Shown here piece by piece: positions 24,025 through 35,136 of a stretch of 64,000 nucleotides of DNA. The position numbers and the translations under genes were made by a program. Position 1 is the stretch's first letter; each line of letters begins with the position of its first letter. Source of the DNA: an uncultured Pseudomonadota bacterium (GTDB lineage Bacteria; Myxococcota_A; Polyangia; Fen-1088); assembly GCA_963847705.1 (NCBI GenBank), contig CAWKBC010000034.1, positions 192,001-256,000 on the forward strand. The letters are read 5' to 3'. Below the pieces are notes generated by a model. It had not been told where the DNA came from. It ran no database searches and saw nothing but the letters and a program-made list of their open reading frames with translations.

Positions 24025-24449
24025 TCGCCATCGACACGAACGTTCTCGTCTACGCTCACCGACGCGACTCGAGCTTCCATCAGCGCGCGCGAGACTGCCT
24101 GCAGGAACACGCCCAAGGCGATGCGGCCTGGGCGATTCCTTGGCCCTGCGTGCACGAGTTCCTGGCCATCGTCACCAACCCTCGCATCTTCAAACAACCA
24201 ACCCCGGTCGCAGCCGCCCTTCTCCAGATCGAGAGCTGGTTGGAATCGCCGACGCTTCGACTGTTGGGAGAAGAAGAGGGGTACTGGACGGTGCTGGCGG
24301 ATCTCATCAGAAGGAACAACGTCCGCGGCGGCAAGGTCCACGATGCGCGTATCGCCGCGCTGGCCATTCATCATGGCGCCCGGGAGCTCCTCTCGGCAGA
24401 CCGCGACTTCACCCGTATGGCCCCGCTGTCCGTGCGCAACCCGCTTTGA
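24021..24449 (+). CDS. vapC: VapC-type PIN-domain ribonuclease toxin
   Basis: IAIDTNVLVYA, HEFLAIVT, HDARIAA, SADRDF acidic tetrad. Confidence 0.92.
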   Translation: MIAIDTNVLVYAHRRDSSFHQRARDCLQEHAQGDAAWAIPWPCVHEFLAIVTNPRIFKQPTPVAAALLQIESWLESPTLRLLGEEEGYWTVLADLIRRNNVRGGKVHDARIAALAIHHGARELLSADRDFTRMAPLSVRNPL

Positions 24450-24558
24450 AGCGGCAGCCCACGGGCCTGCTCACCAGCGCCATCAGCGGCCAGCGTCGTC
24501 ACCCTCTTCGAACGCGTCCGACGAACCTCAAACGAAGGAGTCCGACGCCGCGTAGCGG

Positions 24559-25110
24559 CTAGGTGTCTGCGGCCATCGTGGCCAGCGTGGTGACGGTCTT
24601 CCAGTTGCGGGTCGTGGCCGGGGCGCCGAGCGCGCGCTCGAAGGCGTTGTTCGACAGCTTGGTGTTGCCGTAGCCGTCGGGGCAGAGGAGGTAGATCGAC
24701 GTGCCGAGGCAGCGGAAGGTGTCGCGCCCCGAGGAGACGCCCTCCATCTTTTTCAGCCCGGCGGCGGCCGGCGCCCCGGCGAGAAACGTGACGTGCAGCT
24801 TCGTCACGTCGATCGTCTCCCCGCGCCGTTTGAGGAACGGGTTCTCCTCGACGATCCGCGCGAGCTCGGCCGCCCCGAGGACCAGCACCGGCACCTCGAA
24901 CCCGAAGTCGCGCTCGATCCGGGCCGCGATCTTGGTCCCGAGCGGCGCCGCCCCGCGCTCCTTGGCCTCGAACACGACGTTCCCGCTCTGGACGTAGGTG
25001 CGGACGTTCTTGAACCCGAGCGCCTCGAACGACGCGCGCAGGGCCTCCATCTTGACCGGCTTGCTGCCGCTCACGTTGATCCCGCGCAACATCGCCACGT
25101 AGCTGGGCAT
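24559..25110 (-). CDS. DUF1697 family protein
   Basis: YVAMLRGINVSG, VRTYVQSGNVVF, TTRNWKTV. Confidence 0.9.
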   Translation of the reverse strand: MPSYVAMLRGINVSGSKPVKMEALRASFEALGFKNVRTYVQSGNVVFEAKERGAAPLGTKIAARIERDFGFEVPVLVLGAAELARIVEENPFLKRRGETIDVTKLHVTFLAGAPAAAGLKKMEGVSSGRDTFRCLGTSIYLLCPDGYGNTKLSNNAFERALGAPATTRNWKTVTTLATMAADT

Positions 25111-25120
25111 CGCCGCCCTC

Positions 25121-26464
25121 CTATTTCTTCGCGCCCTCTTTTTTTTCGCCGTCGCCGCGCAGCCGGATCTGGCGCGCGGCGATCTCGCTCTCGTCGCCGG
25201 AGTCGGACGGATGGTAGTAGCGGTGGCCGCGGAGCTCCTCGGGCAGATACTCCTCGCGGACGTAGTGTCCCTTGAAGTCGTGTGGGTACTGATATCCCGC
25301 ACCCCAGCCCAGCGCCTTGCCCATCCCGCTCGAGGCGTTGCGCAGATGCGCCGGGACCGGCAGCGCGCCGTGCGCGTCGACGTCGGCCTTGGCGGCGGCA
25401 TAGGTGGTGACCGCGGTGTTGCTCTTGGGCGCCGTCGCCAGATAGATCGCCGCCTCGGTCATCGGGAGGATCCCCTCCGGCAGGCCGATGAAGCGAAAGG
25501 CGTCGAGCGCGGCGGTGGCCACCGAGAGCGCCCGCGGATCGGCCACGCCGATATCCTCGGCCGCGAAGATGACCAGACGGCGCAGCACGAAGAGCGGATC
25601 CTCGCCGGCCTCGATCATGCGCGCCATCCAGTAGACGGCGGCGTCGGGATCGCTGCCGCGCAGGCTCTTGATGAAGGCGCTCACCACGCCGTAGTGCTCG
25701 TCCCCCGCCTTGTCGTAGAGGATCGTCTTTTTCTGCGAGGCCTCCTCGACCACGGGCGCGGTGAGCACGATCTGGCCGGCGGCGTCGGGCACCGCGACCG
25801 CGGCCGCCGCCTCCAGCGTCGCCAGCGCCCGCCGGGCGTCGCCGCGCGCCTCGCGGACGATGAGATCGCGCACCTCGTCAGCCGCCGAGAGCCCGCGGCC
25901 GCCCAGCCCCCGCTCCCCGTCGGTGAGCGCGCGATCGATCACCGTCCGCAGATCGGCGTCCGACAGGGCGTGCAGCACCACCACCTTGGCGCGCGACAAG
26001 AGCGCGGCGTTCACCTCGAACGACGGGTTCTCGGTGGTGGCGCCGATGAGGACGATCGTCCCCGCCTCGACGTGGGGCAGGAGCGCGTCCTGCTGCCCCT
26101 TGTTGAAGCGGTGGATCTCGTCGACGAACAGCACGGTGCGCTCCCCCTGCTCATCGCGCCGCGTCGCCGCCTCGGCCACCGCCTCGCGCAGATCCTTGAC
26201 GCCCGCCATCACGGCGGAGAGCGGCACGAAGCGCGCGTGCGCCTCGGCCGCCAGCAGCCGGCCGAGCGTGGTCTTCCCGGTCCCCGGCGGCCCCCACAAG
26301 ATGAGCGACGGCAGCTCGCGCGCCTGCAGCGCGCGCCGGAGCAGCTTCCCCGGCCCGAGCAGGTGCGCCTGTCCCACGAGCTCGGCCAGCGTCCGCGGCC
26401 GCATACGCTCGGCCAGCGGCTGCCCGCGCCGATCCTTGCTGGCGGCCCGCGCGAAGAGATCCAT
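25121..26464 (-). CDS. rarA: Replication-associated recombination protein A (MgsA/RarA AAA+ ATPase)
   Basis: PLAERMRP, GPPGTGKT, DEIHRFNK, GATTENPSF, SAFIKSLRGSD, YQYPHD. Confidence 0.95.
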   Translation of the reverse strand: MDLFARAASKDRRGQPLAERMRPRTLAELVGQAHLLGPGKLLRRALQARELPSLILWGPPGTGKTTLGRLLAAEAHARFVPLSAVMAGVKDLREAVAEAATRRDEQGERTVLFVDEIHRFNKGQQDALLPHVEAGTIVLIGATTENPSFEVNAALLSRAKVVVLHALSDADLRTVIDRALTDGERGLGGRGLSAADEVRDLIVREARGDARRALATLEAAAAVAVPDAAGQIVLTAPVVEEASQKKTILYDKAGDEHYGVVSAFIKSLRGSDPDAAVYWMARMIEAGEDPLFVLRRLVIFAAEDIGVADPRALSVATAALDAFRFIGLPEGILPMTEAAIYLATAPKSNTAVTTYAAAKADVDAHGALPVPAHLRNASSGMGKALGWGAGYQYPHDFKGHYVREEYLPEELRGHRYYHPSDSGDESEIAARQIRLRGDGEKKEGAKK

Positions 26465-26553
26465 CGCTGGCAGTCTAGCGCGAGGCTTGCGCCGGGTGAC
26501 CTCAACGTTTGCCGCCGGCCTGCCGATGAGGCCGGCAGGAGCCCATTCGATCA

Positions 26554-27309
26554 ATGCACCGATCGTCGACAGCACTGTTGTTGATGGCGGCCGCCGCATT
26601 GGGCGGCGCCGCAGGATGCGCCGAGACCTCGCCCGCCGCCCAGCCAGGTGGGGCGCACCCCTCCGCGCAGCAACAGGCCCCCGTGGGTCTGGCGACGAAC
26701 GCCTCGCCGCGTGGCGCCACGCTCTCCCCGGCGGACGCCACGGCGGAGGTCGCCTACTACCGGGAGCGTTCGGTGGCCCTCGCCGGGGGCGCCTCGACCG
26801 AGATCGCGCGAACGGACTTCACGCGGCTCCGACGCGGCCGGCTGTATCTGACCGAGGGCCTCCCCGACCGCGAGATCGAGGAGCTGCGGCGGCGCCTCAG
26901 CGACGCCTTCGGGGCCCAGAACGTGGCCGCCATCCTGGAGCTGACGGGCCAGCTCATCGAACGAAATCAGGCCGATATTCGGGCGCACATGCTGCGCGCG
27001 ATCGCCTTGCGGCAAGCGGGCCACGACAGCGAGGCCCGCACGCACCACGACCTGGCGATCGCCCTGCTCGAGTCGATCATGGCAGGTGGCGACGGTCAGG
27101 GAGTCACTTCGCCCTGGACCGTGTTCGACGTCAGCGAGGAGTACGAGGTCCTGAAGGCAAAGGGCTGTATTCCGGGGCCCCAGGCACTGGTGGCGCACGA
27201 GGACCGGCAGTTCGACGTGCTGCACGCGCGCAATGCCTCGAACGGCGCCCCCTGTGAAGCCACCTTCGACATCACCGAGCTGATGGCCGTGACCGCGCGG
27301 CATCTTTAG
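26554..27309 (+). CDS. Lipoprotein, DUF4919-like
   Basis: Lipobox AAGC; DFTRLR, SIMAGGDG...PWTVFDVSEEYEVL, FDIT motifs. Confidence 0.65.
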   Translation: MHRSSTALLLMAAAALGGAAGCAETSPAAQPGGAHPSAQQQAPVGLATNASPRGATLSPADATAEVAYYRERSVALAGGASTEIARTDFTRLRRGRLYLTEGLPDREIEELRRRLSDAFGAQNVAAILELTGQLIERNQADIRAHMLRAIALRQAGHDSEARTHHDLAIALLESIMAGGDGQGVTSPWTVFDVSEEYEVLKAKGCIPGPQALVAHEDRQFDVLHARNASNGAPCEATFDITELMAVTARHL

Positions 27310-27335
27310 GGCGCGACCGAAGCCGACGAGGCGCA

Positions 27336-27452
27336 CCAGCAGGCCAGCGCCCCCAGCAGGCCAGCGCCCCAGCGCGCCAGCACGCCAGCGCCCCAGCAGG
27401 CCAGCACGCCAGCGCCCCAGCGCGCCAGCGCCCCAGCGCGCCAGCACGCCAG
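27336..27452. repeat. Degenerate octamer array CCAGCNNN, ~14 units
   Basis: CCAGCAGG, CCAGCGCC, CCAGCGCG and CCAGCACG units in tandem in the intergenic space. Confidence 0.9.
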
Positions 27453-27500
27453 ATCGACCGCAACTAGAACTGCCCGCGCTCGGATGTTAGGGTCGCGGCG

Positions 27501-29147
27501 TTGCGGCCGGCGCTGACCCTTCGATCGCTGTTCTGCCTCGGCCTGCTGGCCGCGGCGCCGAGCCCCAGCGCCGGTGCGAAGTCGAACGAGCCCGAGCCGT
27601 CTGCGGCGCCTCCGAATCCCCAGCCGCCGCCCGCGACCGAGACGGAAGCGGCGACGACCGGCAAGAACGGTCCGCGTCCGCTGATGGGCTTGGCGCCGCG
27701 GCCGGGCGCCTCGGCCGAGCTCCCCAAGCCGCCGCGCGATCCGGCCGAGCGCCGGGTCTGGCTCGGCGCCCAGCTCGACGCCCTCTTCCGGACGCCGGCG
27801 CTGGCCAAGGCCAAGGTCTCGGCGATCGTCGTCGAAGCCGACAGCGGCAAGACGCTTTACGCCCACGACGACAAGACGGGGCTCAACGCGGCCTCCAACG
27901 TCAAGATCGTCACCTCGGCGGCGTCGCTGTCGCTGCTCGGCCCCGAGTACCGCTGGCGCACGACGCTGGCGGTGGTCGGGCCCCCGGGCGGCCCGCCGCT
28001 GCCGTCGGGCGGCGAGGTGAGCGGCGATCTCTACCTGCGCGGCTCAGGCGATCCGACGCTGTCGACGGAAGATCTCGCCGCGATGGTGAGTGACCTGGCG
28101 TCGCTCGGCCTGCACAAGGTCAAAGGGTCGCTGATCATCGACGACAGCCTGTTCGACGGCGGCTACGTGCCGCCGGCCTACGATCAGAAGACCGACTCGA
28201 CCGCGTCGCGCGCGCCCTCGTCGGCCGCCTCGCTCGACGGCAACGTCGTCGGCGTCACCATCATCCCCGCCGCCGCCGCGGGCGCGCCCGCGCGCATCGT
28301 CGTCGATCCGGCGTCGCCCTATTTCACCGTCGCCGGGCGGGTCGTCACCGCCGCCAGCGGCCCGGCCGCGCCCAGCGTCGACACCAAAGAGGACGGCAAC
28401 CGGACGCGCGTCAACGTCGGGGGGCGCATCAAGCTCGGCGCCGATCCACGCACGTTCTATCGGCGCGTCGCGCAGCCCTCGCTGTTTCTGGGACAGACGC
28501 TCAAGCAGCTCTGCGAGCGACGTGGAATTTCCGTGGGCGGCGTTCGCGTCGGCGCCGCGCCCGCCCAGGGGCTGCGCGTGATCGCCACGCACGACTCGGC
28601 ACCACTGGCCGTGGTGGTCCAGGATCTCAACAAGCGGTCGAACAACTTTGCCGCCGAGCAGCTGCTCCGCACGCTGGGCGCCGAGATCGGTGGACATCCT
28701 GGAAACTGGGACAAAGGCCTCAAGGCCGTCGCCCGCTACCTCGGCGGTATCGGAATCAAGGCCGACAGTTACGAGATGAAGAACGGTTCGGGCCTCTACG
28801 ACTCGAACCGCTTCTCGGCGGCACAGATCGCCACGATCCTCCGCGCGGCGGCCCATGACTTCCGGATCTCGGCGGAGTTCTTGGCCTCGCTGGCGATCGC
28901 CGGCACCGACGGCACCATTGCCCACCGCATGGGCGCCACGCTGGCAGAGCGTTACGTACGTGCCAAGACCGGCACGCTGGCCAACGTGAGCTGCCTGTCA
29001 GGATTCGCCGGTTCGCCCGGTCACCTGCCGCTCGTGTTCTCCATCCTGGTCAACGACGTCGGAAACCCGAACGACGCGCGGCGCGCGCAGGATCGCGCCG
29101 CGGAGATCCTGGTCGCCTACCTCGAAGGCGACGCCGTCGCGAAGTAG
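27501..29147 (+). CDS. dacB: D-alanyl-D-alanine carboxypeptidase/endopeptidase (PBP4, peptidase S13)
   Basis: SxxK (ASNVK), GSGDPTL, SxN (SNNFAAE), KTG(TL); signal peptide. Confidence 0.93.
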   Translation: MRPALTLRSLFCLGLLAAAPSPSAGAKSNEPEPSAAPPNPQPPPATETEAATTGKNGPRPLMGLAPRPGASAELPKPPRDPAERRVWLGAQLDALFRTPALAKAKVSAIVVEADSGKTLYAHDDKTGLNAASNVKIVTSAASLSLLGPEYRWRTTLAVVGPPGGPPLPSGGEVSGDLYLRGSGDPTLSTEDLAAMVSDLASLGLHKVKGSLIIDDSLFDGGYVPPAYDQKTDSTASRAPSSAASLDGNVVGVTIIPAAAAGAPARIVVDPASPYFTVAGRVVTAASGPAAPSVDTKEDGNRTRVNVGGRIKLGADPRTFYRRVAQPSLFLGQTLKQLCERRGISVGGVRVGAAPAQGLRVIATHDSAPLAVVVQDLNKRSNNFAAEQLLRTLGAEIGGHPGNWDKGLKAVARYLGGIGIKADSYEMKNGSGLYDSNRFSAAQIATILRAAAHDFRISAEFLASLAIAGTDGTIAHRMGATLAERYVRAKTGTLANVSCLSGFAGSPGHLPLVFSILVNDVGNPNDARRAQDRAAEILVAYLEGDAVAK

Positions 29148-29329
29148 CCGGCCGGCCGTGCCGGGCGGCGCTCGCCGCCGGGACTCCACCCCTCGGTGTC
29201 TCGCGGCCGCTCGCGAAGCAGCTTGGCCTGCTCCTCCGGCGCCAGCTTCTCCCACCCTCGTCCCCCGCTCCCCTCATCCATCGCATCCATCCAATCGGTC
29301 GAACGCGGACTGATGTGACGCAGCAGCAT
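29117..29329 (-). CDS. Possible small hypothetical protein (70 aa)
   Basis: GGAGG Shine-Dalgarno 5 nt before ATG 29329; overlaps the dacB end convergently; no recognisable motif. Confidence 0.3.
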   Translation of the reverse strand: MLLRHISPRSTDWMDAMDEGSGGRGWEKLAPEEQAKLLRERPRDTEGWSPGGERRPARPAGYFATASPSR

Positions 29330-29682
29330 CTCTACCTCCCCGGTGATGCTCACCCAAACTACCTCGGATTCTACCGAAGAAATTCCCGCCAGGCCGGCCG
29401 ATCGAGCATCAGTTGAAACTTCCGACCCCGACCGGGCGCGGAGCAGCGCCCCCGCTGTTCCGCGCCCGGTCTCTCTCTCTCGTTCTCTCCCGTTCTCGTC
29501 CCTCTCAAGGATCAGTATGCGCGCCGAATGTTTCCGTATCCTTTCGGCGCGACCCTTTGTTCGTTACTTCGCCGCGTCACGCGGCGCTTCGGTGCACGCC
29601 GAAAACGAGAACCGATCGCTGCCGTTCGGACCTGGGTGATTCCTGGTCGGCTGGCTTGAATTCGCGCGGCCTTTCTTCCAGG

Positions 29683-30792
29683 ATGTCGCCGCCCATGCAA
29701 CGCACGCCGCTCTATGAATCCCACCTCCGCCTCGGCGCGAAGATGGTCGACTTCGGCGGTTGGGCAATGCCGGTCAGCTACGCCGGCGGCATCATCGACG
29801 AGCACCGGGCCACCCGGCAGGCGGTGGGCGTCTTCGACGTCTGCCACATGGGCGAGATCCACTTCCGCGGGGCGCGGGCCGCGGAGGCCGTGCAGCGCCT
29901 CATCACCAACGACGTCGCACGGCTCACCGACGGGCGCGCGCTCTACACCGTGGCCTGCCTGCCGAGCGGCGGAATCATCGACGATCTGATCATCTACCGG
30001 CTCTCCGCGACGCACTATCTGACCGTGGTGAACGCCTCCACCTTGGAAAAAGACCGCGCCTGGTTCTTCGAGCACGCGCGCCCGCTCTGCGACGTGACCG
30101 ACGCCTCGGCGGAGACCGGCCTCATCGCCTTCCAGGGGCCGGGGGCGAAGCACGCGCTGCAACCGCTCACCAAGCTCGGGCTCGGCGATCTGGCAGGCTT
30201 CGCCTTCGTCGAGAGCTGCGAGATCGCCGGGGTGAAGGCCTCGATCGCGCGCACCGGTTACACCGGCGAGGACGGGTTCGAGCTCTTCTGCGACAGCAAG
30301 GACGCCGTCACGCTCTGGGACCGCCTGGTCGAGGCAGCGGCGGGGATCGGCGGCAAGCCGGTCGGGCTCGGCGCGCGCGACACGCTTCGCCTCGAGGCGC
30401 GCCTGCCGCTCTACGGCAACGATCTGGATGAGACCACCACGCCGCTCGAGGCCGGGCTCGGATGGGTGGTGAAGCTGGAGGGCGCCGACTTCATCGGTCG
30501 TGAGGCGCTTCGGGCGCAGAGCGCGGCCGGCGTGAAGCGCAAGCTCTGCGGGTTCGAGATGACCGGGCGCGGGATCGCTCGCCATGGCTATCCTCTGTTC
30601 GACGGCGAAGGCCGTCCGAGCGGCACCACGACCTCGGGCGGCCCGGCGCCGACGCTGGGCAAGAACATCGGCCTCGGCTATCTCCCGGTGGAGCTCGATC
30701 GCGCCGGAGAGCGCATCTCGGTCGACTGCCGGGGCAAGCGCGTCGACGCCGAAGTGGTCAAAGGCCCGTTTTACAAGCGAGGAAGAGCATGA
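29683..30792 (+). CDS. gcvT: Glycine cleavage system aminomethyltransferase T
   Basis: RTPLY, MVDFGGWAMPV, FDVCHMG, RTGYTGEDGFE, GLGARDTLRLEA; start at 29683 or 29695. Confidence 0.95.
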   Translation: MSPPMQRTPLYESHLRLGAKMVDFGGWAMPVSYAGGIIDEHRATRQAVGVFDVCHMGEIHFRGARAAEAVQRLITNDVARLTDGRALYTVACLPSGGIIDDLIIYRLSATHYLTVVNASTLEKDRAWFFEHARPLCDVTDASAETGLIAFQGPGAKHALQPLTKLGLGDLAGFAFVESCEIAGVKASIARTGYTGEDGFELFCDSKDAVTLWDRLVEAAAGIGGKPVGLGARDTLRLEARLPLYGNDLDETTTPLEAGLGWVVKLEGADFIGREALRAQSAAGVKRKLCGFEMTGRGIARHGYPLFDGEGRPSGTTTSGGPAPTLGKNIGLGYLPVELDRAGERISVDCRGKRVDAEVVKGPFYKRGRA

Positions 30793-31199
30793 GCGCGCAG
30801 CAATATCCCGACGACCTCTACTACACGAAGGACCACGAGTGGGCGCGGCTGGAGGATCGCGACGGACAGAAGTTCGCGACCATCGGCGTGACCCGCTTCG
30901 CCGTCGATCAGCTGGGCGACGTGACGCAGGTCGACCTTCCGAAGGAGGGCGAGAGCCTGAAGCAGGCCGAGGTGTTCGGCTCGGTCGAGTCGGTCAAGGC
31001 GGTCTCCGATCTGTTCGCGCCGCTGTCGGGGAAGATCGTCAAGGTCAACTCGCCGCTCAGCGATTCGCCCGAGTACGTCAACGAGGATCCCTACGACGAG
31101 GGGTGGATGATCCAGCTCGCCCTGGGCGACGCCCAGGAGCTGACCGGGCTGATGGACGCCGCCGCCTACCAGGCGTTCCTGCGCGAACAGGGGGAATAA
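30789..31199 (+). CDS. gcvH: Glycine cleavage system H protein
   Basis: YTKDHEW, lipoyl-Lys motif VESVKAVSD, NEDPYDEGW. Confidence 0.96.
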   Translation: MSAQQYPDDLYYTKDHEWARLEDRDGQKFATIGVTRFAVDQLGDVTQVDLPKEGESLKQAEVFGSVESVKAVSDLFAPLSGKIVKVNSPLSDSPEYVNEDPYDEGWMIQLALGDAQELTGLMDAAAYQAFLREQGE

Positions 31200-31202
31200 C
31201 GG

Positions 31203-34088
<2,886 letters not shown>

Positions 34089-34105
34089 GGGTCCCTGGTT
34101 TTGCT

Positions 34106-34136
34106 TCGGCTCGCCGGCCCTGAACCGGCGAGCCGA
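34106..34136. terminator. GC-rich hairpin between convergent genes (terminator-like or stabilising)
   Basis: 12-bp stem TCGGCTCGCCGG/CCGGCGAGCCGA with a 7-nt loop; no clear downstream U-tract. Confidence 0.45.
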
Positions 34137-34142
34137 GCCGTC

Positions 34143-34317
34143 GCGCTGCTCGCAGAAGAACTTCAGGTCGTCGATGTGCGCTGCTCGCAGAAGAACTTCA
34201 GGTCGTCGATGTGCGCTGCTCGCAGAAGAACTTCAGGTCGTCGATGTGCGCTGCTCGCAGAAGAACTTCAGGTCGTCGATGTGCGCTACTCGCAGAAGAA
34301 CTTCAGGTCGTCGATGT
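34143..34317 (-). repeat. 35-bp tandem repeat x5 derived from the 3' end of the adjacent gene
   Basis: Unit GCGCT(G/A)CTCGCAGAAGAACTTCAGGTCGTCGATGT at 34143, 34178, 34213, 34248 and 34283. Confidence 0.95.
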
Positions 34318-35104
34318 AGATGTCGTAGGCGGCGCGGGGGATGTTGACCTGGAACTGGATGCCGTAGAGCTTCGATGGCGTGATGTGCGGCTTGTGGGGC
34401 GCGCCCCAGTCCGGCATCTGCTTCATGCTCTTGAACGGAAAGCTGTAGAGCTTCCAGTCGTTGGTGAGGACGATGTTCGCCCCGAAGTCGTTGAAGCACT
34501 CCGTGCAGACGCCGCCGTCCGGATCGGTGTTCACGTCCGGAACCTTCAGCCGCACCTTCCCGGTTGAGTCGGGCCCCTTCTTGGCCCAGAACGAGATCCC
34601 GGCGTATTTGGAGGCGTCGTACTGCCCCTTGGGGTCGATGAAGTTCATCCCCAGGCCTGAAAAGACGATGGCGCCGGTCCCGATGGTCCCGTGATAACGG
34701 GCGGCGTACTGCGAGTCGTGGCCCCCTTCGCTCATCGCGAAGGTGCCTCCCTCTTCACCCGCCGTCGGCTCGACCGTCGTCGTCCCCTTGTCCTTGAACG
34801 TGTACCAGTAGCCGCCCCGGCCGTCGTTGGGCAGGTTCTGGTTGTTCCCGTCCTCGCCGTCGTCGATGAGCGCGTTCGGGCCGCAGTCCTTCCCCACCGC
34901 CACGCCCGGCGCTGCGGCCGCGGCCGGCGCCGCCGCAGCTCCGCCCCCGATCGACGCCGCCGACCCGGGCGCCGCGCTGGGCGCCGTCGCCGACTTGTCC
35001 GGGATGATGCACCCGAGCAGCATCAGCGAGCCGCCCGCCAGCACCAGAAACGCCCGCGTCATGTCCCTCTTGTCGCTCTTCTGAATCTTCATCTGAATCT
35101 TCAT
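34286..35104 (-). CDS. Lipoprotein with a carbohydrate-binding (CBM11/CIA30-like) domain
   Basis: Lipobox LLGC; IDDGEDG, GGYWYTF, DASKYAGISFWAK, W...F...Q, IYIDDLKF; start at 35104 or 35062. Confidence 0.8.
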   Translation of the reverse strand: MKIQMKIQKSDKRDMTRAFLVLAGGSLMLLGCIIPDKSATAPSAAPGSAASIGGGAAAAPAAAAAPGVAVGKDCGPNALIDDGEDGNNQNLPNDGRGGYWYTFKDKGTTTVEPTAGEEGGTFAMSEGGHDSQYAARYHGTIGTGAIVFSGLGMNFIDPKGQYDASKYAGISFWAKKGPDSTGKVRLKVPDVNTDPDGGVCTECFNDFGANIVLTNDWKLYSFPFKSMKQMPDWGAPHKPHITPSKLYGIQFQVNIPRAAYDIYIDDLKFFCE

Positions 35105-35136
35105 GGGTGAATTCCTCGTCCGACGAAAGGTGGTGT

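Noticed and set aside
29150-29682. Glycine riboswitch upstream of gcvT
   Set aside because: Only a partial CCGAAG; no GGAGA...CTCTCAGG aptamer pattern on the sense strand
34143-34317. CRISPR array (35-bp repeat)
   Set aside because: No spacers; the unit is a copy of the neighbouring gene's 3' end
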